Below, in pieces: positions 14,428-28,183 of a stretch of 64,000 nucleotides of DNA. Below the pieces are notes generated by a model. That model made no database searches, was not told the DNA's origin, and saw only the letters and a list, made by a program, of their open reading frames with translations. The stretch lies in the NCBI GenBank assembly GCA_951406725.2, contig OX597824.1, forward strand, positions 9,672,001 through 9,736,000. Reading direction: 5' to 3'. This DNA is from Octopus vulgaris. Its lineage: Eukaryota. The position numbers were made by a program, and so were the translations under genes. Each line of letters begins with the position of its first letter. Positions within the stretch are counted from its first letter, which is position 1.

Positions 14428-14742
14428 AGCTTAATTTAATATCTTGACTATGAAGAAAATGCAGGGGAAATACCCGAGGACATGCATATTGCAGCGGGTA
14501 TATTCCCAGCCCTTTGTCCTATTGAGTTGCCACGCCGTCGTTCTGAGTTGCAGACATGGGTCTGTGGCTAAACTGTAAGCTTCGCAATCATGTAGTTTCC
14601 GGTTCCCACCCTCCACCCGCCGCTTTTAAAACGTTTCTTCTTCTATAGCTAAGAACCCACCCCGGACGGACAATGTCTTGTGAGTAAATTTGGTAAATGA
14701 AAATTGTGATAAGCCTGTTCGATATGTACATATGTATATAAG

Positions 14743-15050
14743 CGCAGGCGTGTCTGTGCGGTAAGGAACTTGTTTACCAACCACATAGTTCCGAGTTCAG
14801 TCCCACTGCATGGCACCATGGGCAAGTGTCTTCTACTATAGCCTCGGGCTGAAAAAAGCCTTGTGAGTGGATCTGGTAGACAGAAACTGAAAGAAGCCCA
14901 TCGCAGATATACGTGTTTGTATGTGTGTCTTTGTGTCTGTGCGTGTACCCCACCCCCATCACCCCTTGACAACTGGTGTTGGTAGGCTTACATCTCTGTC
15001 ACTTAGTGGTTCGGCACAATAGACTGATAGAATAAGTAGTAGGCATAAAA
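14743..15050 (+). mobile_element. SINE family B (diverged, 3'-incomplete)
   Basis: Head gcgcaggcgtgtctgtgcggtaag..gagttcagtcccactgc, body tggtagacagaaactgaaagaagccc, later gatagaataagtagtaggc. Confidence 0.8.
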
Positions 15051-15124
15051 AAAATTAGTCCTATTTGTTCAGTTCTATACTTAAGATATGAGGAATTATG
15101 TACATAATGTGCAGATTAGCTACG

Positions 15125-15400
15125 GTTCAGTTCAGACCATTATCACTGATGATTTGGGCTCTGAAACGCGTGTCTGCCAAGTTTGTGTCGAAACTACTTT
15201 CAGCTGACCAAAAGAGACACTCGGGTTTCAGCTGCGCAAGATCTCCTTTATTTTGTCGAAAATGATGAAAACATACTGAGAACTTTGCGTAAACCTCTGA
15301 GCAGGTATCGCCAAGCTTTTGGCCAAATTTGATGCAGATTTTTTGCTCAACTTTCTCGGTCGTGGTCAATGCGACGATCACACGCTACGCACCTTCCTTC
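15125..15400. mobile_element. Mariner transposase remnants in opposite orientations
   Basis: Plus strand ~15135-15245 gives IITDDLG..KRVSAKFVSKLLSADQK (WVPH-linker region). Minus strand ~15275-15380 gives EKVEQKICIKFGQKLGDTCSEVYAK (mariner N-terminal HTH). Confidence 0.7.
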
Positions 15401-15654
15401 CAAGCACTGCTGCAAACAGCGGACGTAAGCTATGACGTTAGAACTTAGTGAGCATGCACAGCAGAGTTCAAGATCAATCTGTGCCAAGCAGCTTTACTCT
15501 GTGTGCTTTAGCTTCGTTACTATGGCAACAGTCCGGATACTTATTGATCAGATCAAGTATATATTCTGTATGCGTGTGCGTGTGTGGACATTTCTCTGTT
15601 TGTCTCCCACTATCTGTTTGTTGGTTTGTTTCTCTGCGACAGGTAGAGAGACAG

Positions 15655-16220
15655 ATGTATACATACACACATACATACATACATACATACATACATACAT
15701 ACATACATACATACACACATGCATACATACATGGACACATTATATACATACATACGTACATACATACATACATACATGCATAAACACATGCATACATACA
15801 TGGACACACATATATACATACATACCTACATAAACACACATGCATGCATACATACACATACGCATGCATACATACATACATACATACATACATACATGCA
15901 TACACACACAAATACATACGCACATATGCACGCACACACACACGCATTTACATACATACACACATACTTACACACATACATACATACATACATACATACA
16001 TACATACATACATACATACATACATAAATACATACGTACGTACATGCATACATGAATGCATACATACATACATACACACACATACATACATACATACACA
16101 CACACATACATACATACATACATACATACACACACACATACATACATACATACATACATACATACATACATACATACATACATACATACATACATACATA
16201 CATACATACATACATACATG
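15655..16220. repeat. (CATA)n/(CA)n microsatellite
   Basis: Direct reading. Confidence 0.95.
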
Positions 16221-16534
16221 TGGAATCACTTTTGAAATTACGATTCTCTGATAAGGTGAAAGTCTGTAACAATACCGTATTTGCTACCCGACTGCCAACA
16301 AGAGAACCGGTTGGCCTCTCTGTTGGCCGTATTATATTTTTAATTACTTTTCAGTTCATTAAATTCCAGAGTCATGTACCCTGCCCTTCTTAACCAGAAT
16401 TAAATCATTAAGCTAATGATTTTCTTTTTTCCTCATCACCAATAAAAATTAATCAATGAAAATATCGTAATTCATTCCATTACTCATTCGATACTGTCTG
16501 GACTGCAAACAAGCTGCGCAGGCACTTGGGTGAA

Positions 16535-16746
16535 TGGAGGGATGGAGGGAGGGAGGGGAGGGAAGGGAGGGTTAGGGGACGGAGGGAAGGTGAGTTAGGG
16601 GAGGGAGGGATGGAGGGATGGATGGGTGGGTGGATGGATGGATGGATAGCTAGGTATGTTGGTAGGTAGGTTGATAGATAGATAGATTGATTGATAGGTA
16701 GATATGTAGGTAGATAGATAGGTAGATAGGTAAGTAGATAGGTAGG

Positions 16747-16812
<66 letters not shown>

Positions 16813-16868
16813 TATTGATTGATTGATTGATTGATTGATGGATGGATGGATGGATGGATGGATGGATG

Positions 16869-16914
<46 letters not shown>

Positions 16915-17097
16915 CAGATAGATAGATAAGTAGGTGGGTAGGTAGGTAGGTAGGTAGGTAGATAGGTGAGTGAGTGGGTGGGTGGATAGATAGATAGATA
17001 CATACATACATATATACATACATACATATATACATATATGCATACATACATACAGTCATACAACCATACATACATACATACATACATACATACATAG
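16535..17097. repeat. Compound (GGAG/GGAT/GATA/GATT/CATA)n microsatellite
   Basis: Direct reading. Confidence 0.9.
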
Positions 17098-18319
17098 GTA
17101 AGAGAAAGACTGAAGAAGCGTCGAAAATGAAAAGTACCAACCAGAAAAATATGTAGAAGTACGATAATATTTTTACGTAACACACTGAAACAGCGAGATT
17201 TTTATACGACTGGAAGATTGCGTAATGGTGCGGTCGATTGAAAATAAAAACAAACGAACAGTTGGCGCAAGGAATTAAGGAGACGTGAAAAGAAAATATT
17301 GGAGCCGTCGTAGATTTTCGCAAATCAAGATATAACGGCATAAATCAAGATACGTCAACTATTCTCGATTGGGTTTTTTTTTCTGTGTGTTATTTTGTGT
17401 CGTTTTAGAGGAGCGCGTGAAGTGAGAATTGTGTGTTTGCTTTTAATGTTGTCACGAAAATTGCAGATTTTGTTGAAAATAAACGGAAAAAATATATATA
17501 TCTATTTATTATTTATTCTTTTTTAATTTTTTAAAAAATCTTCGTTCATTTTCTACTTCTATTTCTCTCTATTCTTCTTTCTGTATTTTCGATCGAAGTG
17601 TTAATGCCAAGTGTAACGACGTAGCTTCTTCTAAAGTTCTGACAGGCGAGAGATGCCGGGGGAATATGACGCCATCTTTGGAGTGGCTCAAAATCTATGT
17701 TGCATTTGCTAATAACTTCAACCCAGTTCTGCTCTAGCATAAATATGATCAAAATCATTCCAGTTGTGACTACCCGTCATTCTTTACGATATAAGACTTA
17801 ACCACATTATTGAATATGTCATTTCTTCTTTTTAAAACTATAGGATTCAAGGGTATTTAGCTACTATTTTTAAGGAATTGGACAACCATGCAGATGCCTT
17901 CTGGGTGAAGAAATATATCGTGCGAAGCTATGGTACAAAGTGTATAGACTCGTAGTATCTGACACGCTTTATCAAATTGTTTCGGCGCCAGTGTAGTCAC
18001 GAGTAGATATAAATACCTCTCTAACCGAGACACATAAACAAGCTTTGTAATTGATTCTGCTGTTTCAATGCCTTTGTACAAGATATATTGTCTGAAAACA
18101 AGACGGAATAGTCAAAGCAAGAATGCCTTGATCAAGATAGACTTTGGATTTCATTGTATTCTAACAATACAAGCATTTTAATAAATACCATACAGTTCAT
18201 TTTGAATAATTGTTATAGTCTGTGTCGAGCCTAAAGTCAAAAGGTGACTGGATTTACAAGGTGCTTAGGCTGAGAGTAGTATACATTTCTCTACAGAACG
18301 GAACTGCTGTCTATCTCAG

Positions 18320-18463
18320 GGATAACCCCCAGGTGTCACTGGTATCATATTCAGTGGAGTATACTGGACAGACTTGAAATGAAGTGCAACCAAGTCCGAG
18401 AATCGAACCTACTGTCTAACGAACCTGATTCCAACAGCCCTAAACGCATGGCCACGCGCCTCC
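18320..18463 (-). mobile_element. Diverged tRNA-headed SINE (family C-related)
   Basis: gccacgcgcctcca and gaatcgaacc match the reversed head seen at 59691. Confidence 0.5.
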
Positions 18464-18486
18464 ACAGTATACTTAAAACTATATTT

Positions 18487-18714
18487 GTTTCTTTATTACC
18501 CACAAGGGGCTAAACATAGAAGGGAGAAACAAGGACAGTCAAAGGGATTAAGTCGATTACATCTACCCCAGTGTGTAACTGGTACTTAATTTATCGACTC
18601 CGAAAGGATGAAATGCAAAGTCGACCTCGGCGGAATTTGAACTCAGAACGTAGCGACGGGCGAAATACCGCGAAGCACTTCGCCCAGCGTGCTAACGTTT
18701 CTGCCAGCTCGCCG
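18487..18714 (-). mobile_element. SINE family A
   Basis: Reverse complement of the consensus. Confidence 0.9.
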
Positions 18715-20179
18715 TCTTGTATAACTAAATCTATATTATTTACATATCAGTTATATCACTTACATATCATTTACAATATGGAGATTGAATAAATAAACAT
18801 TAAGAAAATTTTTAACGAAATCATTTAGTGACTCAGGAAGTATCTATTAATGCTATGTTGAAACGTTTCATTTTTTTCTCCATTCTGTATAAAAGCAGAC
18901 GACATATTTAATCCATTTTCTCTACCTCTCCGTTCAAGTTTGGATTACTATCACATCATTTACTTTTATCTTTACACGTTTTGGCTATATTTATTTTCCA
19001 CACAAATTATTCATCCTCTCTTCTCTTATAATTCTTTGTATTTTCTAAAATGTCTAGATTTACAGTCGAACAAATATTACACTAAGCAGTATTTGAGTAA
19101 TAATATCTCCATTAACATCAGAAGTGTTGTTTCTTTTATTTTCTATTCTTTCTTCTTTTTTTCTCTATATTTCCATTATGGTCCGATCGCCTATTTTTAA
19201 AACAGAACTCTCTCTCTCTTGTAACGATCTTATGCTACAATTTCCTCTTCCATTCATATTTCAGTTTTGTAATAAATCATTTGTCAGTTAGTAGGTGTGG
19301 CGGAATAAATTAATCTGTTTAGAAAAGCACTCAATTGAATAGAATGAAGGTTTAACCCCAGATTCCGCCATTATTGTATAATTTGCGGGTTGATATCTCC
19401 ATCTCGTATTCTCTTTCTATTACTACCCTGTTCCCTGCCTCTCTCTTTCTCGTTCTTCGTTTCTTTCTCTCTCTCTCTCTCTCCTCCATTTTCTATTTTG
19501 TTTATAACTTTTTTTATATATTTCCTATGCATTTTCTTTCCACTCTCTCTCCTTTCTTTCTCTCTCTCTCTCTCTCTTCCTCTCAGCCGATTATTCAATA
19601 CACACCAATAAAATATCGGGTCGATGAGAAAGAAAAGCTGAATATTAAATTCTATTTACCGTTTCGTATTTATTTCCATCTTGGTGTCACAAAAGAGCAA
19701 TGGAAATAGTTTGAAAGAAAAAGCCATGCTCAGCTTTATTAATCTTCGTTCTTTCACAATATTACCGAATCGGCCGTTAATATTACAACTAACTGTATGT
19801 TTGTAGCGTTGTATTTATATCGACTTTACAATTTTCTCTTCTATAATTGCATTTGCCCAGGCTGTGAAAGCATAGACTAAGTTTCCTTGAGCTCACTCTT
19901 TTAAATGAATAATTGTGATCAAGTAGACGGCGTTGGTTCAGAATTAGAATGAATGGTAAGCGATTCAATTTGCTAGAATAACCAGGAATTGTTCTTTTGT
20001 TAGCGATGCCTTACGATTCGGCAGAATATATATAGTAAATAGGCTCATAGTTCACATGTTTAAACAAGGTATTCATCACCATTATTCTTTATAGAATTAC
20101 ATTAAAAAGGGCAATCGGTCTGACTCCATAGGTTATCGACCTATCGATCACAACTACGTCTCAAAACGATAGGGAGCTT

Positions 20180-20400
20180 TCTATCCACAAGGGGCTAAAC
20201 ACAGAGGGGACAAACTAGGACAGACAAACGGATTAACTCGATTATATCGACCCCAGTACGTAACTGGTACTTTATTTGTCGACCCGAAAGGATGAACTGC
20301 AAAGTCGACCTCGGCGGAATTTGAACTCAGAACGTAAAGACAGACGAAATACACTAAGTATTTCGCCCGGCGTTATAACGCTTCTGCCAGTTCACCGCCT
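20180..20400 (-). mobile_element. SINE family A
   Basis: Reverse complement of the consensus; flanked by agggagctt on both sides. Confidence 0.88.
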
Positions 20401-20641
20401 TCAGGGAGCTTATAGTCACATGACAACTGAGATACAAATCAAATCTCTCTCAAATCTGAATTTATGGACTTAAAAAAATGAAAGGTTTATTGAACAATGT
20501 AATCCTATATGTATGAAATCCTTAGATGATCATAGTTGGAATTTTTTTCATTGTTGGTTTGCTCAATTTACGATAAAAGACAGCGGATAAAGTAAACGTT
20601 GAACTAAGTAAACGATCTATCAATATTTCAATGAAATTTAA

Positions 20642-21270
20642 GGCGGTGAGCTGGCAGAATCGTTAGCATGCTGGGCGAAATGCGTAGCCGTATTTCGTCT
20701 GCCGTTACGTTCTGAGTTCAAATTCCGCCGATGTCGACTTTGACTTTCATCCTTTCGGGGTCGATAAATTAAGTACCAGTTACGCACTGGGGTCGATATA
20801 ATCGAGTTAATCCGTTTGTGTGTCCTTGTTTGATCTCTCTGTGTGTAGCCCCTTGTGGGTAGTAAAGAAATAGGTATTTCCTCTGCCGCTACGTTCTGAG
20901 TTCAAATTCCGCCGAGGTCGACTTTACCTTTCATCCTTTTGGGGTCGATTAAATAAATACCAGTTGCGCACTGGGGTCGATATAATCGACTTAATCCCTT
21001 TGTCTCTCCTTATTTGTCCACTGTATATTTAGCCCCTTGTGGGTAATAAAGAAATAGATAATTATTTTAATGAAATTTAAGGCGGCGAGCTGCCAGAATC
21101 GTTAGCACGGAATTTCGTCCGTCTTTCCGTTCTGAGTTTAAATTCCACCGAGGTAGGCTTTGCTGTGCATCATTTCGGAGTCGATAAAATAAGTACCAGT
21201 TGAGTACTGGGGTCGATGCAATCGACTACTTCCCTCCCCAAATTTGCTGAACTTCTGCCAAAATTTGACA
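20642..21270 (+). mobile_element. SINE family A dimer followed by a variant-tail copy
   Basis: Head at 20642, junction aagaaatag/gtatttc at ~20873, new head at 21081 after the duplicated flank aatgaaatttaa. Confidence 0.88.
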
Positions 21271-21274
21271 AAAA

Positions 21275-21460
21275 AGGACACACAAACGGATTAAGTCGAT
21301 TATATCGATCCCAGGGAGTAACTGGCACTTAATTTATCAACCCCGAAAGGATGAAAGGCAAAGTCGACCCCGGCGGAATTTGAACTCAGAACGTAACGGC
21401 AGACGAAATACGGCTACACATTTCGCCCGGCGTGCTAACGTTTCTGCCAGCTCGCGGCCT
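21275..21460 (-). mobile_element. SINE family A (3'-truncated)
   Basis: Reverse complement of head and core. Confidence 0.85.
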
Positions 21461-22449
21461 TAATGTAAAGTCTATACTAATATAACAACGACTCGAAAGT
21501 CAACTTAAATGAAAAATAAGTTTTAAATTTCCGCTTCTGATCAAAGAAAGACATCGATAAATAATAGAGTAAAAATTATGCTGTTGTTGTCGCCGTCGTG
21601 TTGTTGTTGTTGTTGTTGTTGTTAGACAAGGTCGGTAGATTAACAAAGTCATCAAAACCTCGGATAGAATGTTGCGCGATATTTATTCTAACAACTTGCA
21701 TTCTGAGTTCAAATCAGCCGAAGTCAACCTTAGTATTTTATCCATTCAGGGTAGAAAAGAAATGTATTTATCCAAGATGGGAGATAGATGGATCTGTAAA
21801 AACATCGGACCGGATGCCTTACGGTATTTGCTCAAGTTCTTTATGTTCCGAATGCAGGTCCCACCCTGAGGTACTTGGGTATTTAGATTTAATCTATTTA
21901 ATGCTTTAGCTCCACCATCCGAGGTGTCTTTAAGAGAATCTACTCTCTTACAAACATCCGGTCGGGTTTTCGGTTTAGAGATACATTCCATTCTCATGCC
22001 CATTAGAGTCGGAAACCGTCAAACAGATCTTAAGTACAGGTTTTCCCTCTTGACTAAAAGAGAAGAGAGCATTTAGGATGTGAAAGAAAAAATATCGTTT
22101 GATAGCATGGCTGAAAAAAATTGATTTTGTTGCGAATGAAATGTAATTTTGCTTGTTTTCATCTTTCAGAAAAAAATTCAGTAAACAGACTTTTAAAAGG
22201 TTAAACATGATTAAGTTGTGATAAGCGTTACCTTGATAATGTAGTGTTACATAAACACTAAGCTGTAATAAACACTTTTAGTACTATTTACAAACTGTGA
22301 TGAATAACATAGACTTGAGGGGAGAGGTCCACGGCGTGATACAATGAAGATAGGAGTGAGGGGTTCAATCCTTGATATGTGTTAAGAGAGAAATTGGAGA
22401 GAAATCTAGAAGTAAAAACGGAGGTTTTTCTAGAGAATGTTGGAGAGGA

Positions 22450-22757
22450 ATCATCATCCATTGTTCGACCGTGGTCGAAACAATGGAATTTACTATGTTA
22501 CGCCAGACTTCACGGTCCATCCAAGCATTACGGAGGTCCTGTTGCTGGATGCCTGTATCCTTGGAGATTACATCAGGGTAGGAGAGTGTGCGCCCTCTGG
22601 TATCGCGAGCAGGTGGCTTCCAGAGTAGAAATTACCTCGTTTTCAGCTCTACAACAATGTCCAGCAAACTGGACTCTTCTACCTTCCACAAGAGATGATA
22701 CAGGTGGTAGTTTCCCATATATTTGTACTTTGCTTGGATGACGCTTCCACGAGAGAG
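22450..22757 (-). mobile_element. RTE-clade LINE 3' end
   Basis: Minus-strand translation LSWKRHPSKVQIYGKLPPVSSLVEGRRVQFAGHCCRAENEVIST, then after a frameshift WKPPARDTRGRTLSYPDVISKDTGIQQQDLRNAWMDREVWRNIVNS. Ends in a short (gat)n tail. Confidence 0.85.
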
Positions 22758-25269
22758 AGGAATAGTTTGATTAGGACATACATGAGTGGAATAATGCCTT
22801 GAAATCTGAGTTAAAGGAATGTACCGTTTGCTTTCATGATAATCAGTTGAAAGTGTTTTTGCAGGTGACTGCCACCATGCTGGTTATAACAGATTATTGC
22901 TTCCACATTATTCTGTAACAGTCTTCTATTGTAGAGAAAGTTGAGATATGTTTGACTAGAAGAGGAAGAATGCTTTATTGTGTATATGAGCTCTCTTATT
23001 TGATCCATTGAATTTATTGATGGGAAATTTATTCCCTCTATTGTGAACACAAAGCTATCTTTGACTTTGCGTTGCTTCAATCAGTAAACTTCCTTGCGAT
23101 AAGAAATTTCAGATTTGAAGAAACGTTGGTGCAATATTTAATGATGCTGCGTGTGAACAAGAAAAGATGAAGCGCTCTGTTGCTTCCTGACGCCTCCTTT
23201 GTTTTTTAAAACAAAGAGCAAAAAGATTATAAGAAAGCATAAAATGCTGTTCAAACACGAATCCACCAGTAAAATTCATTTCTGTTTCAAGAAGAAAATC
23301 AATTCAAATTAATGCTTAGTTTGTAACCATGTTCAACTTACACCCAAAACGGCAATAATAGCTTTTCATATGAATATAAGGTTGCCAGATAGAAATTAAT
23401 TCAACATATTCGTTTCAGAATATCTAAAGATAGCAGCCATCTTGTATATGCGTGACTGCTAGCTGATTAACTCATCTATCCTTCTTCTTTAAAACGTGAT
23501 GTAACGAACTCCGATATTCCTTGATCGATCCGATCAATTAAAGCAGAAACAAAGTACAACTTGTACGAAAGTTTCTCAATCAGTTGATTTCGCCTGCAAG
23601 AAGTTAGAATATCGATAAATAGTTTAATGATCCAATCATTCAGTAAGAGCTTTCCAACCAAGCACGTAGTGAGAACAAAGTGATGTGAATTGGTCTGTAA
23701 GAGATGGAACTAATTTATTAGTGATAAAACGTTTGAACTCTTTAAGTTGTGAATGCTATAATAGTAGAAGGTGAGAAATAAATGTTAATGAGTGAACTAT
23801 TTTAATTCCCCTTGCTGAATTCAATTGTGTAACTGATCTAATCATAGGAAATATGAAACAGTCTGTCCGATTATTTTGACTTTTGTTGCTATTGTTTTCT
23901 CTGCTACAACGTATGTGTGATTTAGGGAAACGATAAACGACCCATCGATGCAAATGAATGAATGCATGAATAAATTAGTAACTCATACGAACGAATAGAT
24001 ACAAATAGAATTACGTCTGTTTGAGACCTCGAAGTGTTAATTTTATAAGCTGCTTTCGATAACCCATTCTTTGTTTTCGCTCAGGTTTTCCCAGGAAGTT
24101 CAATATGATGAGAGGACGAGTAGAATAATCGCCGACGTTCAAATTCACACGATTTACTGTGATCGTTCTTCTGGTTCATTTTTCATTCCCATTTTTTACC
24201 GATTTCTCACTTCTTTGAGAATTGTCTGTGAAACAATGTTAGTTCCGTTAGAGAAAACTCTATCTTTTGTATCGCGTATAAATAATATTTTCTTTCTAAT
24301 TTATATTTCTCAATTGACAGACTTCATTTGTGCGTATGTATGTGTTTGTGTGTGTACGCCTGTATGTCTGAGTATATCTTTACACATGTGTGTTTATGTG
24401 TGTATATGAGAGAGAGAAAGAGAGCGAGAGAAGTCCAGCGAGACAAAGACAGAGAGAAAGAGAGAGAGTAATGTTTGTGTTTTCATGTTTTCCAGAGGAA
24501 GAAAAGGAAAAGCTGCGATTTCTGAGCATTTTTTTTCTCTTTTCTATACAACTTAACGTTTTGTTGTTTTCCGATTTTTCTATCTGTTACTACAGATTTA
24601 AGTGCCGAACAAGTTAGTGGATCTTATTAGTTATTTCCAACAGCTACGAATTCTACAGCCATGTTGTTTTAGCTTTTAACTGCAGATTGTGTCAGGCAAA
24701 AAAAAATGATACAATCTCGAAGATCTTTATTGTTATCTTGTTCTGTGACTGTTTACTTGTTTGTTTTTACTCTATACAGCTCACAATTGATAACATTGAC
24801 ACAGACCGGCTAAACCTTGATATCTTCCATCTTACTTCTTCAATTCTGTTTACACTTTACAAATATTCAGGACTACGGGGTATATCTCCGTTAGATTATT
24901 TGATTTATTATGGTCGCTCGTAGCTGGTCTTTGTTGATGTTCAGATATCTTTATGCCCCAGTGATCTGCCTTCTTTTACTGTGGAACAGATTTCATTAAC
25001 TATGCTAAACGAATCAACCTTCTTGAGCGGACATAACCCTACCGAAATCTTATTAAGATTCATGAAGCCAGGCGAGTTGGGTAGAAACGGTAACACATCT
25101 AACGCCATTTAATTGAAATTCTTTGAGATTGACTCTGCTAGTTATTCCTTGGAAATCAATTAAACAAATAACAATAAAGTAGGCACCCCACCCAAGTAAT
25201 TTATAGCAGCGTTTCTACTAAAAACTGTTTACAAGGAATGACAATCGGGAAGAAATAGTTGCACGGTTA

Positions 25270-25416
25270 ATAAGCCCGTTTTGCTTCACCGTGGTTTAGG
25301 GTTCAATTCCAATGCACGGCATTTTCGTCAAGTGTCTTCTACTTTAGCCGCGGGCCACCTAAAGCCCTGTAAGTTTGGTTGACGGAAATTGTGTGGAAAA
25401 CTGTCCTTTATATATA

Positions 25417-25511
<95 letters not shown>

Positions 25512-25531
25512 GTGTGTATGTGTGTGTGTGC

Positions 25532-25581
<50 letters not shown>

Positions 25582-25797
25582 ATGTGTGTGTGCTTGTGTT
25601 TGTCGCCCTACCATCTCTTGAAAACTGCTGTTCGTTTGCTTACGTCCCCGTACATTATCGGTTGAACAAAAGAGACCGATAGAATAAGCACCAGACTTTG
25701 AAAATAAGTCCTGGGATCGATTTGTTCGACTAATCCCTTCAAAGCGGTGCCCCAGTATGGTCGCTGTGCAATGAGTGAAACATGTAAAAGCTAAAAG
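25270..25797 (+). mobile_element. SINE family B with expanded internal (TG)n
   Basis: Diverged head, ggttgacggaaatt, (TG)n, then gagaccgatagaataagcac...gcggtgcccagtatggtcgc tail. Confidence 0.8.
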
Positions 25798-26419
25798 ACA
25801 TTAAGATGGTTACAAACATTTTTCAAACCTGTCCAACATTTTGGTGATCAAAGAAGAATTAAAAGGGCACAAACCCTATTTTGCCTTCTCGCTAGTAAAA
25901 ACGGCGGGCTGGAAACTTTCCCCATTACTTTATTGGAGTGGGAATTGTTATGTGTCCATCAGAGAACCGCTGGGTCAGAAAGGGCTTCATGAGGATATTA
26001 AAAATCTGAAATAATCTCCCCAGTAACAACAGAGTTACTCATGTTTGTAGTTTCATGAATATCTCCTTGGATCCTCCTGTTTTATGAGAGGCGAAGGGTT
26101 AATTTCAATGAAGGTAAAGCTGAGCAGAGTAACACTAATGGGATTTTGCAGCTTGGAGATATTCTAGCACAAATGTGTATCATGCTGTTAGCTCGTTATT
26201 TTGTTTGCAAATAAGCTTCTTAACGAGAAGGGCGGCGATCTGGCAGAAAGGTTAGCGCGCCGGGCGAAATACTTAGCTACGTTGTTATCCTCATTCCGTA
26301 AACAGTGGGTTTCTTTAACGGGTGGAGAGCTGAATCATCCTGGGGTACAGAGGATTCGCAATCTAGACTAGGGTCTGAAAGTTTACCACACTATAGGGAA
26401 TTACACCATGGCTCCTCTG

Positions 26420-26623
26420 CTTTGTGGAAGAAGTAGGAAGAAAGAGTGAGAGAAAGTTGTGCTGAAAGAATACAGAGGGATTCACCCCTCTCCATCGGCG
26501 GAGCCTCGTAGAGCTTAGGTGTTTTTGCTCAATAAACACTCATAATGCTCGGTCTGGGAATCGAAACCGCGTTCTTACGACCGCGAGTCCGCTGCACTAA
26601 CCACTGGGCCATTGCGTCTCCAC
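26420..26623 (-). mobile_element. SINE family C (tRNA-like head)
   Basis: ctaaccactgggccattgcgtctcca, gggaatcgaaaccgc, gctcaataaacactc match 35856-36238. Confidence 0.8.
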
Positions 26624-27039
26624 TGTTGTTGTTGTTGTTGTCGTCTAAGCTCTCTTTGGAATCGAAGTAATTATTCTAAGTTCACCTTCCATTATCTTAA
26701 ATTTGATTAGATGAATTACACATATTCTGAGATCCTGAACGTGAAAGTTAGCCAAGCCAACGATCATCAATCACCGGTTCAACTCCTCCCTTTTGTTTTT
26801 GTCTTTGCGTTTTTTTTTTTTTTTCCAATGATGTTTGGATTTAAAAGGTCGAAACCAATGAATTTCAGAGAGAAAACCGTCAAATGAAAAGTGAAGAGCT
26901 ACATTCTATTTACGCACGGGAAAGACAGAAGGAGGAGGGACTAAAAGGGAGAATGTGAAATGGTAGAATGAAAAAGAAAGCGGTAGATAGAGAGAGAGAG
27001 AGAGAGAGAGAGAAACAGCGAGCTGACAGAAACATTAGC

Positions 27040-27085
27040 ATGCCTTGTAAGTGCATTTGGTAGACGGAAACTGAAAGAAGCCCGT

Positions 27086-27167
<82 letters not shown>

Positions 27168-27350
27168 TTTGTTCCCCCAACATCGCTTGACAACCGATGG
27201 TAGTGTGTTCACGTCATCGTAACTTAGCGGTTTGGCAAAAGACACCGATAGTACTAGGCTTACAAAGAATAAATCCTGGGGTCGATTTGCTCGACTAAAG
27301 GCGATGCTCCAGCATGGCCGCAGTCAAATGACTGAAACAAGTAAATGAGT
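27040..27350 (+). mobile_element. SINE family B, 3' two-thirds
   Basis: tttggtagacggaaactgaaagaagccc-(TA)(TG)-...ggcgatgctccagcatggccgcagtcaaatgactgaaacaag. Confidence 0.85.
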
Positions 27351-27779
27351 AGCCATAGCAAACCATTTAAAAGCTAAAATGGACGGAACTCGAATACATT
27401 TGGTCATCGATTTGTTCGATTAGATTTGACTTGGGAGTAAATAACTGTAACAAGAACAACAACGACAGCAATATTGGCGAATTGTTAAAATTGGTACAGC
27501 ATAGGATTGAATGCATCTTTACATTCTGGGTTCAAATCCCAGCGCAGCCTTCCTGGGTACTAGACTTACTCCATCGCCCTGTTTAACATCGCTAAATAGT
27601 ACCTCGTGTACCTTTAGCGGAGTACAGTATGTTGCAACCATTTGAGTCAGGTTTATGATTTAAGGGTACCATCTTCCACCCTAGGTTCATCTCCTATCTG
27701 TCACGGAGGCCCTGTAGATGGCGCTACCTTCCTTCCAGATTGAAAAGATAAAGGAATGGCAGATACATTTATACAAATA

Positions 27780-28183
27780 CTAGCAGTATCGGCCGGTGTT
27801 GCTGGGGTTTGTTTCGACCCTTTAGAATTGGAATTTTTTAAAAGTAAAACTTTTGCATTATGTAGCTTGTTATTCTCTTTAAGTGAACATTTTCTGGTTT
27901 AAATACACCGAAAAATGGCGACACAGCAGTCAAAAAATCGTAAAAAAAATTGGGATTTTCATAGAAAAATAGCATCCTTTTGATGTAGATAATTTTTGGT
28001 GTTAACATGGTCTGATTTGAATTTTTTCTACTACGGAAGGAAGAGCAAGCCCTCTTCTATCATACTCTCAATTTTGGTCAACTTGTGCCGCAGAGTCTCG
28101 GAGGAGATAGTGTTAGTTGAAGGCTACCAAACCTGCCATACACAGACAACTTCAGCTTTATAAATATATATATATATATATAT
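27780..28183 (-). mobile_element. Non-autonomous Helitron
   Basis: ctagcagtatcggccggtgttgctggggtttg is the reverse complement of the 3' terminus of the element at 720-1104; TA-rich 5' end. Confidence 0.7.

Noticed and set aside
22372-22741. Overlapping plus-strand ORFs
   Set aside because: They are antisense to an RTE LINE 3' fragment.
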